DNA of 64,000 nt from Pseudomonadales bacterium (GCA_046582115.1 JAYGFA010000047.1:207-64206), one strand, 5' to 3'. Shown: positions 8,926-20,134, counted from the stretch's first letter. Made by a program: numbers and translations. Notes: generated from the letters alone by a model not told the origin.

Positions 8926-10110
8926 ATGGTCGACATTGACGATTTTCGCGCGGAGACCCGATCCTGGCTCGAAGAGAACTGTCCAGCAGGTGCGCGAGGA
9001 CCCGGGCCGATTTCAACTGGCGCGACGTCGATCGAGATCGACCATGAGGACACGCAACTGTGGCTCGATCGCATGATAGAAAAAGGCTGGACCGCACCCG
9101 TGTGGCCGAAGGAATACGGTGGTGGGGGCCTCAACACCGACCAATACATGACATTGATTCAAGAAATGCGGCGGATTGATGCGCGCACACCATTGGGCGG
9201 CATGGGCGTGAGCCTCATCGGACCCACGCTACTCGAATACGGGACCGATGAGCAGAAAGCGCGGCATATCCCTCGCATCGTCCAGGGAGAAGTCGCGTGG
9301 TGTCAGGGATACAGTGAGCCCGGGGCCGGGTCCGATCTGGCGTCGTTGCGCACCCGCGCCGAAGATAATGGCGACCATTTTGTTGTCAACGGTCAGAAAA
9401 TTTGGACATCGGGTGCCCAGTACGCGGACTGGATATTTGCGCTCGTTCGCACCGATCCCGATGTACCCAAACACGAGGGAATTAGTTTCGTGCTTATGGA
9501 CATGCATCAGGACGGCATCACGGTGCGACCGATTCGGCTCATTTCGGGCGAGTCTCCTTTTTGCGAGACGTTTTTTGACAACGCCATCGCCCGCAAAGAC
9601 GATCTCGTCGGCGAGCTCAACAAAGGATGGACCGTTGGGAAACGTCTGTTACAACACGAGCGGGGGAGCATGGCATCATTGGTCGGCGGTGGTGCGGTCA
9701 AAGACACCGGGCCCGTCCTCGAAGACGAAGCCAAAGCGTTTGGTGGCGAAGCAAACGGGCGTATCGCCGATGCAGCGCTCCGCGACCGCATTTTGTCGCA
9801 CAACATGAACTCGCACGTATTCCACTTGACGCAACGGCGGACGGTTGAAGAAGCGTCAGATGGCAGCACCCCCGGCCCTGCAACCTCAATCTTCAAGATG
9901 TACGGGACCGAGCTGCAGCAAGAGAAGTCCTCGCTGTTTGTCGAGATACGGGGAACTCAAGGTTTGGGATGGACGGGAGATGAGTTCACGGGACGCAGTC
10001 TGATGGATACAAGGGCCTGGCTCTCCAACCGCGCCGCCTCCATCTATAGCGGCAGTAATGAGATTCAGCGCAACATTATCGCTAAAAGGGTTTTGGGCTT
10101 ACCGGATTAG
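8926..10110 (+). CDS. acyl-CoA dehydrogenase family protein
   Basis: DDFRAETRSWLEENCP N-terminus, AWCQGYSEPGAGSDLA, and GGSNEIQRNIIA at the C-terminus. Start ATG 8926 (SD AGAGGGA), alternative 8911. Confidence 0.85.
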   Translation: MVDIDDFRAETRSWLEENCPAGARGPGPISTGATSIEIDHEDTQLWLDRMIEKGWTAPVWPKEYGGGGLNTDQYMTLIQEMRRIDARTPLGGMGVSLIGPTLLEYGTDEQKARHIPRIVQGEVAWCQGYSEPGAGSDLASLRTRAEDNGDHFVVNGQKIWTSGAQYADWIFALVRTDPDVPKHEGISFVLMDMHQDGITVRPIRLISGESPFCETFFDNAIARKDDLVGELNKGWTVGKRLLQHERGSMASLVGGGAVKDTGPVLEDEAKAFGGEANGRIADAALRDRILSHNMNSHVFHLTQRRTVEEASDGSTPGPATSIFKMYGTELQQEKSSLFVEIRGTQGLGWTGDEFTGRSLMDTRAWLSNRAASIYSGSNEIQRNIIAKRVLGLPD

Positions 10111-10198
10111 GGTTCCGAGCCTAACAAACCTCTTTTTGCTCGCCGGCACGATGTCGGTGTGCGTGGGCGGATGCATCAATATCGGCGAATCGATCCAT

Positions 10199-12271
10199 AT
10201 GAGCGAACCACAACCGCCCCTTGCCGAACAACGGGCCTACAGCTACAGCCACCACGGAATCAGGGTCGACGACCCATTTCACTGGCTCAAAGACCCGAAC
10301 TACCCCGATGTCACCGACGCCGATATTCTCAGTTACCTCGCAGCCGAAAACGACTATTTCGACGCGGTGATGAAGCCCATTCAGTGGCTCATCGATGAAC
10401 TGTTTGAGGAGATCAAGCAGCGTCAGAAGCCGGACGACGCGACCGTACCTATGCGAAATCGAGGGTATTACTACCAGTCAAGTTTTAGCGCGGAGGCACA
10501 ATATCGCGTGCATTCACGCTGGAATGTAGGGATTTCTGACCCGTCAGCCGACGACGTCGAAGTGATACTCGACGAGCCCGCACTCGCAAAAGGACACGAT
10601 TATTTCAACCTCGGTGCCTTTGCAGTGAGCGACGACGGTCGTTACCTGGCCTACAGCACCGATACCGATGGCAGCGAACGCTACACCCTGGTCATCCGGG
10701 ATTTACACACCGGTCAGTTGCTCGACGAACACATCGCGAACACGATCGATTCGCCCGTATGGGCCGCCGATAACCGAACGCTTTTTTACCTCATGACCAA
10801 CGACGAGTGGCGTCCTTACCAGGCAAGACGACACGTCATCGGTCAACCGGTGGATGATGACGTCGTGATCTACGAAGAATCCGACCCGGGGTTTTTCGTT
10901 GGGCTTGAGCGAACTACGTCAGGGAAGTACATCGGCGTCAGCACGTCCGACCACGTCACGTCCGAATTACGCTTGCTCTCAGCCAATGACCCCCTCGGCC
11001 AATTCCAACTGGTAGCACCACGGCGCAAAGGCCACCAATACTGGCTCGATCACCAAGGCGAACGATTTGTTATTCGTACAAACGATCGCCACAAGAATTT
11101 TCGTTTGGTAACCGCCTCCATCGACAATCCAAGCGAGGCCTCGTGGTCTAGCCTGATCGAACCTTCCGATGATCGCTACCTGCTCGGCTTCCAGTGTTTC
11201 GACCAATGGGTTGTCGCCGAGGAGCGTCTCGACGGAATCGATCAAATTCGCATTCTCGACGCTAACGACGTTTCACACTATGTCCATTTCCCCGATGCCG
11301 CGCGCGTAGTCGGCATCGGTGGCAACGCCGAATACCAAACTGACGCCGTCCGATTGCACTATTCGTCGATGGTCACTCCGCACACTACGTATGACTACGT
11401 TCTCGATCGGCGCCGATTGCAGGTACGAAAGGTCCAAGAAATACCGAGCGGCTACGATCCAACGAACTATTTCTCTGAACGCCTTTGGGTTGAGGCGCGC
11501 GACGGGGCGCGGGTGCCGGTTTCCATTCTCTATCGCGCCGATATTGAACGTCCCGCACCTTTATACCTCTACGGCTATGGCGCCTATGGATCAGCGGTCG
11601 ATCCCAGTTTTTCAACGACGGTTCTGTCCCTACTCGACCGCGGTCTCGTATTTGCTATCGCCCATGTCCGCGGTGGCGATGAACTCGGTTATCACTGGTA
11701 CGAAGACGGTAAGGGAATGAATCGCACCAACGCCTTCAACGATTTCGTTGACGTCGCCGGGTTTCTCACACAAAACGGATACACCGAACAAGGGAAGATA
11801 GCGATCTCCGGAGCATCCGCCGGTGGTGAACTGATGGGAGCGGTCGTCAACCAAGCGCCAGGACTTTGGGGCGCGGTCACCGCCCTCGTACCCTTCGTCG
11901 ACGTTCTTAACACCATGCTCGATACTTCGCTGCCATTAACGCCGATGGAGTGGCTCGAATGGGGCAATCCGATTGAAGACGCCGGCGTCTTTCGCTACAT
12001 GCAAGGGTATTCGCCCTACGACCAACTCGCGCGAGGCGACTACCCACCGATGCTCGTCACCGCGGGACTGAACGACCCCCGTGTTACCTATTGGGAACCG
12101 GCGAAATACGTCGCTCGCCTTAGAACACTTAAAACCGATGACAATCCACTCCTATTGAAGACGAATATGGGCTCCGGACACGGCGGTCGTTCCGGTCGCT
12201 ACGACTCACTCTATGAAGTCGCCGAGGAATACGCCTTTATTCTGAACGCTTTGGGGAAGGCGGAACGGTGA
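10199..12271 (+). CDS. ptrB: S9 prolyl oligopeptidase family: oligopeptidase B (protease II)
   Basis: DPFHWLKD N-terminus, beta-propeller region, and catalytic GASAGGELMG. Length is about 690 aa from ATG 10199. Start uncertain (10151 possible). Confidence 0.8.
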   Translation: MSEPQPPLAEQRAYSYSHHGIRVDDPFHWLKDPNYPDVTDADILSYLAAENDYFDAVMKPIQWLIDELFEEIKQRQKPDDATVPMRNRGYYYQSSFSAEAQYRVHSRWNVGISDPSADDVEVILDEPALAKGHDYFNLGAFAVSDDGRYLAYSTDTDGSERYTLVIRDLHTGQLLDEHIANTIDSPVWAADNRTLFYLMTNDEWRPYQARRHVIGQPVDDDVVIYEESDPGFFVGLERTTSGKYIGVSTSDHVTSELRLLSANDPLGQFQLVAPRRKGHQYWLDHQGERFVIRTNDRHKNFRLVTASIDNPSEASWSSLIEPSDDRYLLGFQCFDQWVVAEERLDGIDQIRILDANDVSHYVHFPDAARVVGIGGNAEYQTDAVRLHYSSMVTPHTTYDYVLDRRRLQVRKVQEIPSGYDPTNYFSERLWVEARDGARVPVSILYRADIERPAPLYLYGYGAYGSAVDPSFSTTVLSLLDRGLVFAIAHVRGGDELGYHWYEDGKGMNRTNAFNDFVDVAGFLTQNGYTEQGKIAISGASAGGELMGAVVNQAPGLWGAVTALVPFVDVLNTMLDTSLPLTPMEWLEWGNPIEDAGVFRYMQGYSPYDQLARGDYPPMLVTAGLNDPRVTYWEPAKYVARLRTLKTDDNPLLLKTNMGSGHGGRSGRYDSLYEVAEEYAFILNALGKAER

Positions 12272-12368
12272 AAATGGACGCCGCTTGTTTGGTGTAAGTC
12301 GCGGCGATTCCACTCGGCGGACAGGGCAAACCGGATCTGGAATTGTTGACCGCGCTGGCAAATACCCC

Positions 12369-13607
12369 CTAAGCCACCGCGTCGCGCAACGCTGCCTGAA
12401 AATCCGGGTGCGCGACGCCGATCAGCGCCTCGCGCCGCTCTTGTTGTGGCGCGTGCCGAAGATCGGCTACGCCGTATTCGGTGACGACGATATCAACATC
12501 GGTCCTCAGCGCTGTCACCATCTCGACCTTCGGAACAATCCTGGATACGGTGTCGCCCTTCGCTGTCGCCGTCATGGCGATAATGGAACGCCCGCCTGGC
12601 GAAGCCTTTGCAGCGCGCATGAAATCGACTGAACCGCCGGTTCCCGAAATCTGTCGACCGGCCACAACCTCAGCATTCACTTGCCCTTCAAGATCTACCT
12701 CAACGGCGGAATTAATCGATACGAAACCCTCGATCGAGCTGAGGATACTGATCTCATGGGTGATGCTCGCACCCACCAGCTGGACACTCGGTGTATCAGC
12801 CAGCCATTCATACAGGTCAAGGCTACCGACCGCCATTCCAGTCGTATGGATGCCTTGATCGCGTGTTTTCGTGACGCCATTGAGATTACCGTTCTTCACC
12901 AACGCCATGCCACCGTCGTCGATAAGCCCACCATGCAAACCTAAATCGTTGTGTTGGGAGAGGCTCGCCAGTATCGCCGCCGGTATGGCCCCGATGCCGG
13001 TCTGGATACAGTCGCCGTCACCGATCAGTTCAGCAACAAGGATGCCAATTCGTTCCGACACTGGATCAATCTCGGCCGGAGACATTTCGATAAGGGGTCG
13101 GTTCGTCTCAATGACGTAATCTAAAGACTCTTCAGTCACTAGCGGTGCTCCCGCCGCCGCGACGAAGCCCTCGTTTAATTCCGCGACCAGAATCTTGGCG
13201 GACTCACGCACGGCATCGAAGAAATCTGCATTCGGTCCCAAACGCAGCCGTCCTTCCCGATCGCGAGCAACCTGTACCAATGCGTAGTCGAGTTGCGATC
13301 GGCGCAGGTATTCGTACACGTAGCGCATCTGCATCGGTAAATACGCGATTCGAGTAGGATCGACAGCCTTTCGAAGCGCTGGTGTCATGAAAAAGGTCTC
13401 CACTTGGGCGCTCGAATTTAAGGCTGTAAAATCGAATTGGTTCAGACCCGGGAGCGGAAACTGCACAAACGTAACGTCACGTGTAGCTTCAGGGAAGCCG
13501 CCCAAACCCTCGAGAAGACCCAATGGCTCGTTACTGCTGCCGGTAACGAACACCCGGGCCCCGGGTTTAATGATATTTGCCAGTTCATTAGCTCGAATCG
13601 TCTGCAA
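12369..13607 (-). CDS. acetyl-CoA hydrolase/transferase family protein (4-hydroxybutyrate CoA-transferase-like)
   Basis: GARVFVTGSSNEPLGLL N-terminus and a GGSVDF-type C-terminal domain signature. Confidence 0.7.
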   Translation of the reverse strand: MQTIRANELANIIKPGARVFVTGSSNEPLGLLEGLGGFPEATRDVTFVQFPLPGLNQFDFTALNSSAQVETFFMTPALRKAVDPTRIAYLPMQMRYVYEYLRRSQLDYALVQVARDREGRLRLGPNADFFDAVRESAKILVAELNEGFVAAAGAPLVTEESLDYVIETNRPLIEMSPAEIDPVSERIGILVAELIGDGDCIQTGIGAIPAAILASLSQHNDLGLHGGLIDDGGMALVKNGNLNGVTKTRDQGIHTTGMAVGSLDLYEWLADTPSVQLVGASITHEISILSSIEGFVSINSAVEVDLEGQVNAEVVAGRQISGTGGSVDFMRAAKASPGGRSIIAMTATAKGDTVSRIVPKVEMVTALRTDVDIVVTEYGVADLRHAPQQERREALIGVAHPDFQAALRDAVA

Positions 13608-13679
13608 CTGCTCCTTCCCCAGGACTCTACCTGGGCGTTAGATTAGACCAACCAGATCTCGAATACCGACTACGGAGTT

Positions 13680-14606
13680 TTGCGAACAGTGACCACCCTG
13701 ATCACCCACCCCGCCTGTCTGGAACATCAGATGGAACAACGTCATCCGGAGCGCCCGGAACGGCTGACGGCGGTTCTTTCACACCTCAACGACACGGGTC
13801 TCGTGGACGATCTCACGGTCCTTCATGCAACCGAAGCCACCCGCGACAACCTCATCGGTGTCCACAGCAACGCATACGTCGACGCGCTAGAAGCGATGGA
13901 ACCCAAGCAGGGACTACGGTCCGTCAATCCAGACACAAGTATGGGACCTAAGTCGCTGGCAGCTGCCCGATATGCGGTGGGAGCTGCTCTCGACGGGGTC
14001 GATCATGTCCTCACGGACGCGGACACTCGTGTTTTTTGTGCGGTTCGGCCGCCAGGCCATCACGCCGAAGAATCCACGTCCATGGGATTTTGTTTTTTCA
14101 ACAGCGTCGCGCTCGCGGCGCATCGAGCCCTACATATCCATCAGCTCGAACGCGTGGCGATCCTTGATTTCGATGTCCATCACTGTAATGGCACTGTCGA
14201 CGCATTCCAGGATGATCCCAGGGTTCTCGTTTGCTCAAGCTTTCAATTCCCCCACTACCCTTACCGTCTCCAGGACGTCGATCGGCCAAATATCATTAAT
14301 ACGCCGTTAGCCGCTGGCACCACCGGTCTCGAATTCCGTGCTGCCATCGAGCGAGACTGGCTTCCAGCGATTGACGAATTTGCGCCAGCTCTAATATTGG
14401 TGTCCGCAGGATTCGACGCACATCGGGACGATCCACTCGGAGACTTGATGCTCGATGAAAAAGATTTCAGATGGGTCACTTCGTTGATCACCGACGCAGC
14501 AAATCGGCACGCTCGTGGCCGCATCGTCTCGATACTTGAAGGCGGTTATGACTTGAACGCGCTAGCTAACTCGGTCGCAACCCACGTTGACGAACTTTGC
14601 GCGTAG
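13680..14606 (+). CDS. histone deacetylase family (HDAC-like amidohydrolase)
   Basis: RPPGHHA, DFDVHHCNGT, SAGFDAH, EGGY motifs. TTG start 13680 or GTG 13689. Confidence 0.85.
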   Translation: MRTVTTLITHPACLEHQMEQRHPERPERLTAVLSHLNDTGLVDDLTVLHATEATRDNLIGVHSNAYVDALEAMEPKQGLRSVNPDTSMGPKSLAAARYAVGAALDGVDHVLTDADTRVFCAVRPPGHHAEESTSMGFCFFNSVALAAHRALHIHQLERVAILDFDVHHCNGTVDAFQDDPRVLVCSSFQFPHYPYRLQDVDRPNIINTPLAAGTTGLEFRAAIERDWLPAIDEFAPALILVSAGFDAHRDDPLGDLMLDEKDFRWVTSLITDAANRHARGRIVSILEGGYDLNALANSVATHVDELCA

Positions 14607-14625
14607 CGATTTCATGGCATCGGCG

Positions 14626-15399
14626 TTACGGTCTTGCGATCAACGGACCACCGCCGTCACAGTAGATTCTCTCGCCGGTTACGTAGGAGCTCCTATCCGA
14701 AACCAAGTAGCGCACCACGTTGGCAACATCCTCGGGCTGACAGACCTTTCCAAATGGCATCGTGGCGTCCAAATCCCGCAAATTGTTGACACCCGCTGTG
14801 GCACGCATCAGTCGTCGACCCATCTCAGTTTCCACCAGCCCTGGTGCCACGATGTTCACGCGTATCCCATGTATTCGCTCTTCTTTCGAAAGCGTGTAAG
14901 CCAAGGTCTCCTGCGCCGTCTTCGCCATGTTGTAGGGCGCGCCGTTGGCTCCCAGTCCCTTTGTGGCCGCACTGGATATCATGATGATGTCGCCGCGATC
15001 TTGCTCACGCATACCCGGGATCACCAATTTCGAAAGGTAATGCGCAGCGAAAGCGTGGGTCGAAACGACCCGTTGTAACTCATCCGGATCGGTATCGGCT
15101 ACGGAGAGTCCCCGGCTCGCAATTCCTGCATTATTGACGAGTATGCTCACGGAACCGAGATCGGCCTCAATGGCGGCGACCATCTCGCGATCTTCTTCAT
15201 ATTGATCGACGCTCGCGTAATACGCGCGGGCCACGCCGCCCGCACCTTCAATCGCGGCAACGGTTTTGCGGGCCGCCTCTTCGTCGCGCCGATAGTTAAC
15301 CGCGATGCTTGCGCCGTCTTCCGCAAGCGCAAGTGAAATGGCTTGGCCAATACCACGTCCCCCGCCGGTAACTAGGGCGACTCGCCCTGAGAGTGACAT
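14626..15399 (-). CDS. SDR family oxidoreductase (FabG-like)
   Basis: TGGGRGIG Rossmann motif, NNAG, and YNMAK (YxxxK). Confidence 0.85.
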   Translation of the reverse strand: MSLSGRVALVTGGGRGIGQAISLALAEDGASIAVNYRRDEEAARKTVAAIEGAGGVARAYYASVDQYEEDREMVAAIEADLGSVSILVNNAGIASRGLSVADTDPDELQRVVSTHAFAAHYLSKLVIPGMREQDRGDIIMISSAATKGLGANGAPYNMAKTAQETLAYTLSKEERIHGIRVNIVAPGLVETEMGRRLMRATAGVNNLRDLDATMPFGKVCQPEDVANVVRYLVSDRSSYVTGERIYCDGGGPLIARP

Positions 15400-15402
15400 C
15401 GG

Positions 15403-16179
15403 TTATTCCCCCTTAAAACTTGCGTCGCGTTTTTCAAAAAATGCGGATACTCCCTCCGCAAAATCCTTGGTGGAGCCGGCAGCAGCTTGCAACTGTGCCT
15501 CTAGATCAAGTTGTTGCTCGTAGCTATTGCTCCAGGTCGCCCAATAGGCCCGACGCATGAGCACCAAGGATCGCGGACCCTTGGCAAGTTGGTGTGCAAT
15601 TTCCATTGCTCCATCCATTAGCGCGTCGTTATCCTCGAAGACGCGATTGACCAACCCCCATTCAAACGCCTTTTCAGCCGGCAGTCGCTCAGCTAATAAC
15701 GAGAGCTCCATGGCCCTTCCCCAGCCCACCAAACGCGGCAACATGAAGCTCGCGCCGCCATCAGGGACCAAACCAATCCGTGCAAAAGCTTGAAGGAAAT
15801 ACGCATCCTGGGACGCGCAAACAATGTCGCCCATGATGGCAAAACTCATCCCAACCCCTGCCGCGGCGCCATTCACTGCCGTAACGATCGGCATCTCGAG
15901 ATCGCGCAACGTTAGTAAAAGTGGGTGATACGTGTTTCGGAGGCTTGATCCAGCTGCTCTCGGCCGTTCTTCAGACGGCTTGTTGTCTGCGAGATTTGCA
16001 CCCGCACAAAAACCACGACCAGCGCCTGTCAAAACTAGACATCGCGCACCGTTTGCTGGCTTTTGAATCTCAGCAACTGCCTGGGCCCACCCCTCAAGCA
16101 TATCCGCGCCGATCGCATTCATGACTTCCGGATGGTTGAAACGTAGTAGCGCTACACCGTCTTCAAAGTCCAATGTCAT
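15403..16179 (-). CDS. enoyl-CoA hydratase/isomerase
   Basis: Crotonase fold: LTGAGRGFCAGANL, VNGAAAGVG. Internal ATG 16179 is preceded by GGAG. Lies 3 nt upstream of the SDR gene. Confidence 0.85.
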   Translation of the reverse strand: MTLDFEDGVALLRFNHPEVMNAIGADMLEGWAQAVAEIQKPANGARCLVLTGAGRGFCAGANLADNKPSEERPRAAGSSLRNTYHPLLLTLRDLEMPIVTAVNGAAAGVGMSFAIMGDIVCASQDAYFLQAFARIGLVPDGGASFMLPRLVGWGRAMELSLLAERLPAEKAFEWGLVNRVFEDNDALMDGAMEIAHQLAKGPRSLVLMRRAYWATWSNSYEQQLDLEAQLQAAAGSTKDFAEGVSAFFEKRDASFKGE

Positions 16180-16262
16180 TCTGTTCAACTCCAAGGTCGC
16201 CTCCCCACGTTCTGCTTGAAATCGATTTCCCATCAGGGGCTAGCCACCTTAACCTATCAACC

Positions 16263-17180
16263 ATGAACGAACCATGGGAACCCGAGTACCGTCTGCAGCC
16301 GCTGGAAGTCGCGAGAATCATCTCAAATAACACAGAACTCGACGTCGACGACGCGGTGTTGCTTGGCGAAGGTTGGGACTTTTTTTCGTATCTAATCAAC
16401 GAAACAGTTGTGTTTCGATTTCCCAAGCGGCGAGCGGAGGCGGAACGTCTCGTTCACGAAAAAGTGTTACTGGCAAAACTTGATCTCTCAACAGAAACAC
16501 CACGATTCAACTTTTGGATAGAAACCCCCGACGGCTTTCACCTGCCCATTGCGGGTTATCCGTTGCTATCGGGTACGTCATTATTCGAATTATCGAAAGT
16601 CGACGTCGACCCCATCGTGATCGGCAATCAACTCGGTCAGGCGTTGCGAGAATTACATGCACAGACGTTGACTCCCGCCAGCTCACCCTTCGATCCAATA
16701 CAAGGGCAGCTCCACCGTTCGTCAAAAGAATTGAAAAACATCGCCGACGTTATCGATCGGTCCCTTTTCGAGGCCTGTGGCGCATTGCTCACAAGCTACC
16801 AACCGCGACAACCTTCCGAACGCCCTGTTACAACACACGGCGATTTGCACGTTGATCATGTGCTGGTCGACAAACAGGGCGAATTGGTTGGCATTCTCGA
16901 TTGGGCCGATGCGCATACGTCGAGTCGGTATATCGACTTCGCGGGTCTTTGGGCATGGGGCGGCGACGACCCTGTCATCGCGGCGTTCGGCAGCTACCAG
17001 TACGTCCCCACGCGTGCAGATTGGGCGCTGCTGCGTGCGCAAGCAATCATCGACACCATGGGATTGATCGATTTCGGCATCCGTAGCGAAGATTCCAATT
17101 TAGTTGCAACGGGCCAGAGCTGGCTTAGACATCGGCAAAGTGAAGGAGCACTGCAAGATCTCTACGCCGAGCCAGATTAG
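16263..17180 (+). CDS. phosphotransferase (APH/choline-kinase-like) family protein
   Basis: HGDLHVDHVLVD catalytic loop and ILDWADAH. Start at internal ATG 16263. Confidence 0.75.
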   Translation: MNEPWEPEYRLQPLEVARIISNNTELDVDDAVLLGEGWDFFSYLINETVVFRFPKRRAEAERLVHEKVLLAKLDLSTETPRFNFWIETPDGFHLPIAGYPLLSGTSLFELSKVDVDPIVIGNQLGQALRELHAQTLTPASSPFDPIQGQLHRSSKELKNIADVIDRSLFEACGALLTSYQPRQPSERPVTTHGDLHVDHVLVDKQGELVGILDWADAHTSSRYIDFAGLWAWGGDDPVIAAFGSYQYVPTRADWALLRAQAIIDTMGLIDFGIRSEDSNLVATGQSWLRHRQSEGALQDLYAEPD

Positions 17181-17275
17181 CTCGAAGCACCATGGGTGTT
17201 TTTTGCCACGAAGATTCGGCGACGTTTGTTTGAAATAACTTTTTCTTCCCGGAATAGCTAGGGAATAATCGCTTG

Positions 17276-17788
17276 ATGGAAGCACCCGCACCCACATTGA
17301 AACTGGCAAGCCTAAAAGAGGCGAAAACGATCGCCAGTTTGTCACGCGATGAGATCGAAGCCGGACTCGGATGGCGTTGGCGTGTGGAGGCGATCACGGC
17401 GATGATCCGTGATCCGGATGCTATCGTCGTTTGTGCACACGTGCCGATGGACAACGACACCATCCAACATTTTGCCGGCTTTGGCATCATGCAGTTCGAG
17501 CTCGATCACGCGCATCTAAATCTACTCGCCGTGGCACCGAAGTACAGGCGCCAAGGCATCGCGCGTGAACTGCTCCAGTGGTTGGAAAAAACCGCGCTGG
17601 TCGCTGGCATTGATACCGTCACGCTCGAAGTCCGCGCCGTCAACGTGCCAGCGAGAGCGTTTTATCGAGATGCGGGTTACCAAGAAAACGAATATCTGCG
17701 CCGCTATTACCGAACACCAGACGGCAAGACCGAGGCGGCCTACCGCATGCGCCGCTCGCTGCGTCAAGGGCGATTTCGTCGCGCATAA
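17276..17788 (+). CDS. GNAT N-acetyltransferase (RimI-like)
   Basis: LLAVAPKYRRQGIARELL acetyl-CoA binding motif and ARAFYRDAGY. Confidence 0.75.
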   Translation: MEAPAPTLKLASLKEAKTIASLSRDEIEAGLGWRWRVEAITAMIRDPDAIVVCAHVPMDNDTIQHFAGFGIMQFELDHAHLNLLAVAPKYRRQGIARELLQWLEKTALVAGIDTVTLEVRAVNVPARAFYRDAGYQENEYLRRYYRTPDGKTEAAYRMRRSLRQGRFRRA

Positions 17789-17868
17789 ATCGTATAGGGG
17801 CCACACTGTCTACGACGTTTGCAGGCCCGCTATAATGCGGTCTGGAATCGAACCGGTCTCAAGTTACC

Positions 17869-18750
17869 GTGGTACACAAACACGCAAGTCCCGAAATATC
17901 TCGTGATGAGTCTCCACTCGGCAGCGCGTTTCTTCTCATCTCGGTATTCGCCGTGGTCGAGGCCTTCGGTGGGTTGTTTGCGAACTCGCTGACGCTGCTA
18001 GCGGACGCTGGGCATATGCTGCTGGACGCGTCCGCACTCGGCCTGTCGTGGTTCGCGGTGCGTCTGTCCAGGCGTCAACATACCGAAACCCACTCCTATG
18101 GCTATCATCGCTCCCAAGTTCTTGCCGCGTTCGTCAACGCGCTATTGTTGGTCGCGCTATGTGGCTGGATTGTAGTTGAAGCCGTTTCAAGACTCGAAAG
18201 CCGACTGCAGATGTTGCCTCTACCCGCGCTTTTGATCGCAACGCTCGGCCTGGTAGTGAACCTAGCCGCTTTTCGAATGTTGCACGGCACCTCCGGTAAC
18301 CTCAATGTGCGCAGTGCCGCACTTCATGTTCTTGGCGACCTTCTGGGTTCCTGTGCGGCTATAGCTGCCGCAGCGCTCGTCTGGCTGTTTGAATGGTATT
18401 TGGCAGATCCGATTCTCGCCCTCGTCGTGGTCGCAATTTTATTGCGCGGTGCATGGAAATTGCTGAGCGAATCAATCCATATCTTGCTTGAGGGCGTGCC
18501 CGATGATCTTGACCTCGATGTCATCCGGAATACGTTAACCGCCGGAGTCTCGGGCGTCCTGGAAGTTCACCACCTCCACGCATGGGCACTAACTAATGAA
18601 CGCCCGATGGTGACACTTCATGCCACGGTCGACGAATTTACCGACGAATTCGCCGCGGTAGCATCCATCAAAGCTGTGCTCAACGAAAGTTTTGGCATCG
18701 ACCATTCAACCATCCAAGTAGAACGCGGACCCTGTCTCGACGATTCGTAA
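17869..18750 (+). CDS. cation diffusion facilitator transporter (CzcD/ZitB-like)
   Basis: LLADAGHMLLD and HVLGDLLGS metal-site motifs, six TM helices, and a C-terminal cytoplasmic domain. GTG start. Confidence 0.85.
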   Translation: MVHKHASPEISRDESPLGSAFLLISVFAVVEAFGGLFANSLTLLADAGHMLLDASALGLSWFAVRLSRRQHTETHSYGYHRSQVLAAFVNALLLVALCGWIVVEAVSRLESRLQMLPLPALLIATLGLVVNLAAFRMLHGTSGNLNVRSAALHVLGDLLGSCAAIAAAALVWLFEWYLADPILALVVVAILLRGAWKLLSESIHILLEGVPDDLDLDVIRNTLTAGVSGVLEVHHLHAWALTNERPMVTLHATVDEFTDEFAAVASIKAVLNESFGIDHSTIQVERGPCLDDS

Positions 18751-19077
18751 CAAGAGCGCTACTGATATTTGCTCTAAAATCATGAACCGCCCAGTTGACA
18801 TCGATTACCGTCATTTGCCGAGCGCTGCGTGCCCTCTCTCATCGATGCAGGACTCGCGGTTATACATACGTTGGCCCTTAGGGGACGGTTAGTGCAACAG
18901 GTAAATGCGTTAACACCGATGGACACGCCATGTTTCCGGGGACGGTATTGGTGATGTGTTGACCGATGCTGACGTAAAGTGTGGGATCAACGCGCAAGAA
19001 AGCGGTGAAAACCTCGCCGTCGCCGGCACCATCGCGCCGGTGGTACTGTTACCACCAATAAGGCGTCCAACAAAGCT

Positions 19078-20049
19078 ATGAACCATCGAACGCTGAGCGG
19101 CGAAAAATATGTGACCGAGCGCGGGCGTGTGGCCATAAAAAATGGGATCAAACAAAACTCCCGTTTATTACCGGCACGCGACGTCACCTTAAACCCGCAC
19201 AAGCCGCCATGGCTGCGAGTGCGATTAGCCGGAAATGGACGTTTTGAGTCGGTGCGAGATACGGTCCGTAGCCAGCAACTCGCAACCGTTTGTGAAGAGT
19301 CCCACTGCCCCAACATCAGCGAGTGCTGGGGACATGGTACTGCCACCTTGATGCTCATGGGTGCTGTTTGCACGCGTGCGTGTCGTTTTTGCGCTGTCGA
19401 CACGGGCAATCCTGGTGGATGGCTCGACGAAGACGAACCTTCGAAAGTTGCCGAGTCGGTGCGTCGTATGGATCTCTCCTACGTCGTACTCACGTCCGTC
19501 GATCGTGATGACTTGATGGATGGCGGAGCAGCGCACTTCGCGAAGTGCGTGCGCGCCGTCAAGGAACGATCGCCCGAAACCACTGTCGAGGTACTCACTC
19601 CCGACTTTCAAGGAGACGAACAAGCAATACGTACCGTAGTGGAATCAGGTATCTCTGTCTTTGCACAAAACCTGGAAACCGTTAAGCGCCTGACCTACGC
19701 GGTGCGCGATCCACGCGCAGGGTACGCTCAAACCTTAGCAGTCCTCGAATTTGCGGGGAAACTCGGCAGCGTGCGGACCAAAACCAGTTTAATGCTCGGT
19801 TTAGGCGAGCTCGAACAAGAAGTACGTCAGGCGTTAGCGGATCTTGCTAATTTAGGCGTTGACTTCCTTACGCTTGGTCAATACCTACAACCTACGCCTA
19901 ACCACCTTCCCGTTGCCCGTTGGGTACATCCCGTCGAATTTGAACGTTATCGGCACTGGGCTCTGGAATTGGGGTTCAAAGGGGTTGCGGCAGGCCCCCT
20001 GGTTCGTTCCAGCTACCGCGCAGATCAGCTCGTTGCTGGCTTGGACTGA
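19078..20049 (+). CDS. lipA: lipoyl synthase
   Basis: [13 protein letters not shown] auxiliary cluster motif plus the radical-SAM motif [10 protein letters not shown]. Confidence 0.95.
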   Translation: MNHRTLSGEKYVTERGRVAIKNGIKQNSRLLPARDVTLNPHKPPWLRVRLAGNGRFESVRDTVRSQQLATVCEESHCPNISECWGHGTATLMLMGAVCTRACRFCAVDTGNPGGWLDEDEPSKVAESVRRMDLSYVVLTSVDRDDLMDGGAAHFAKCVRAVKERSPETTVEVLTPDFQGDEQAIRTVVESGISVFAQNLETVKRLTYAVRDPRAGYAQTLAVLEFAGKLGSVRTKTSLMLGLGELEQEVRQALADLANLGVDFLTLGQYLQPTPNHLPVARWVHPVEFERYRHWALELGFKGVAAGPLVRSSYRADQLVAGLD

Positions 20050-20134
20050 CTCACGCGTAAAGGAATTCCTCCAGTCATCTCGATCTGGCGGCACAGCTGA
20101 CAAACCTTCGAGCTAACCCCGTTATACTGAGGGG

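Noticed and set aside
8832-9149. Long N-terminal extensions of listed ORFs: 8178..9149, 7243..8283, 21264..22889, 32890..34275, 49980..51476, 10058..12271, 46770..47822
   Set aside because: The extensions overlap neighbouring genes, have low-complexity Arg/Pro/Ser composition, and lie upstream of internal starts with good SD sequences and family-typical N-termini.
10111-10198. Lipoprotein-like N-terminus (LFLLAGTMSVCVGGC) for oligopeptidase B
   Set aside because: There is no suitably placed start codon with a charged n-region after the upstream stop at 10110. The family N-terminus begins near MSEPQPPLAEQR (10199). Kept as start uncertainty only.
18751-19077. 327-nt non-coding gap upstream of lipA, inspected for a lipB or ybeD remnant, a riboswitch or a small ORF
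   Set aside because: Translations in all frames gave no lipB- or ybeD-like sequence. Only a 37-codon ORF without an SD is present, and I saw no conserved RNA motif.
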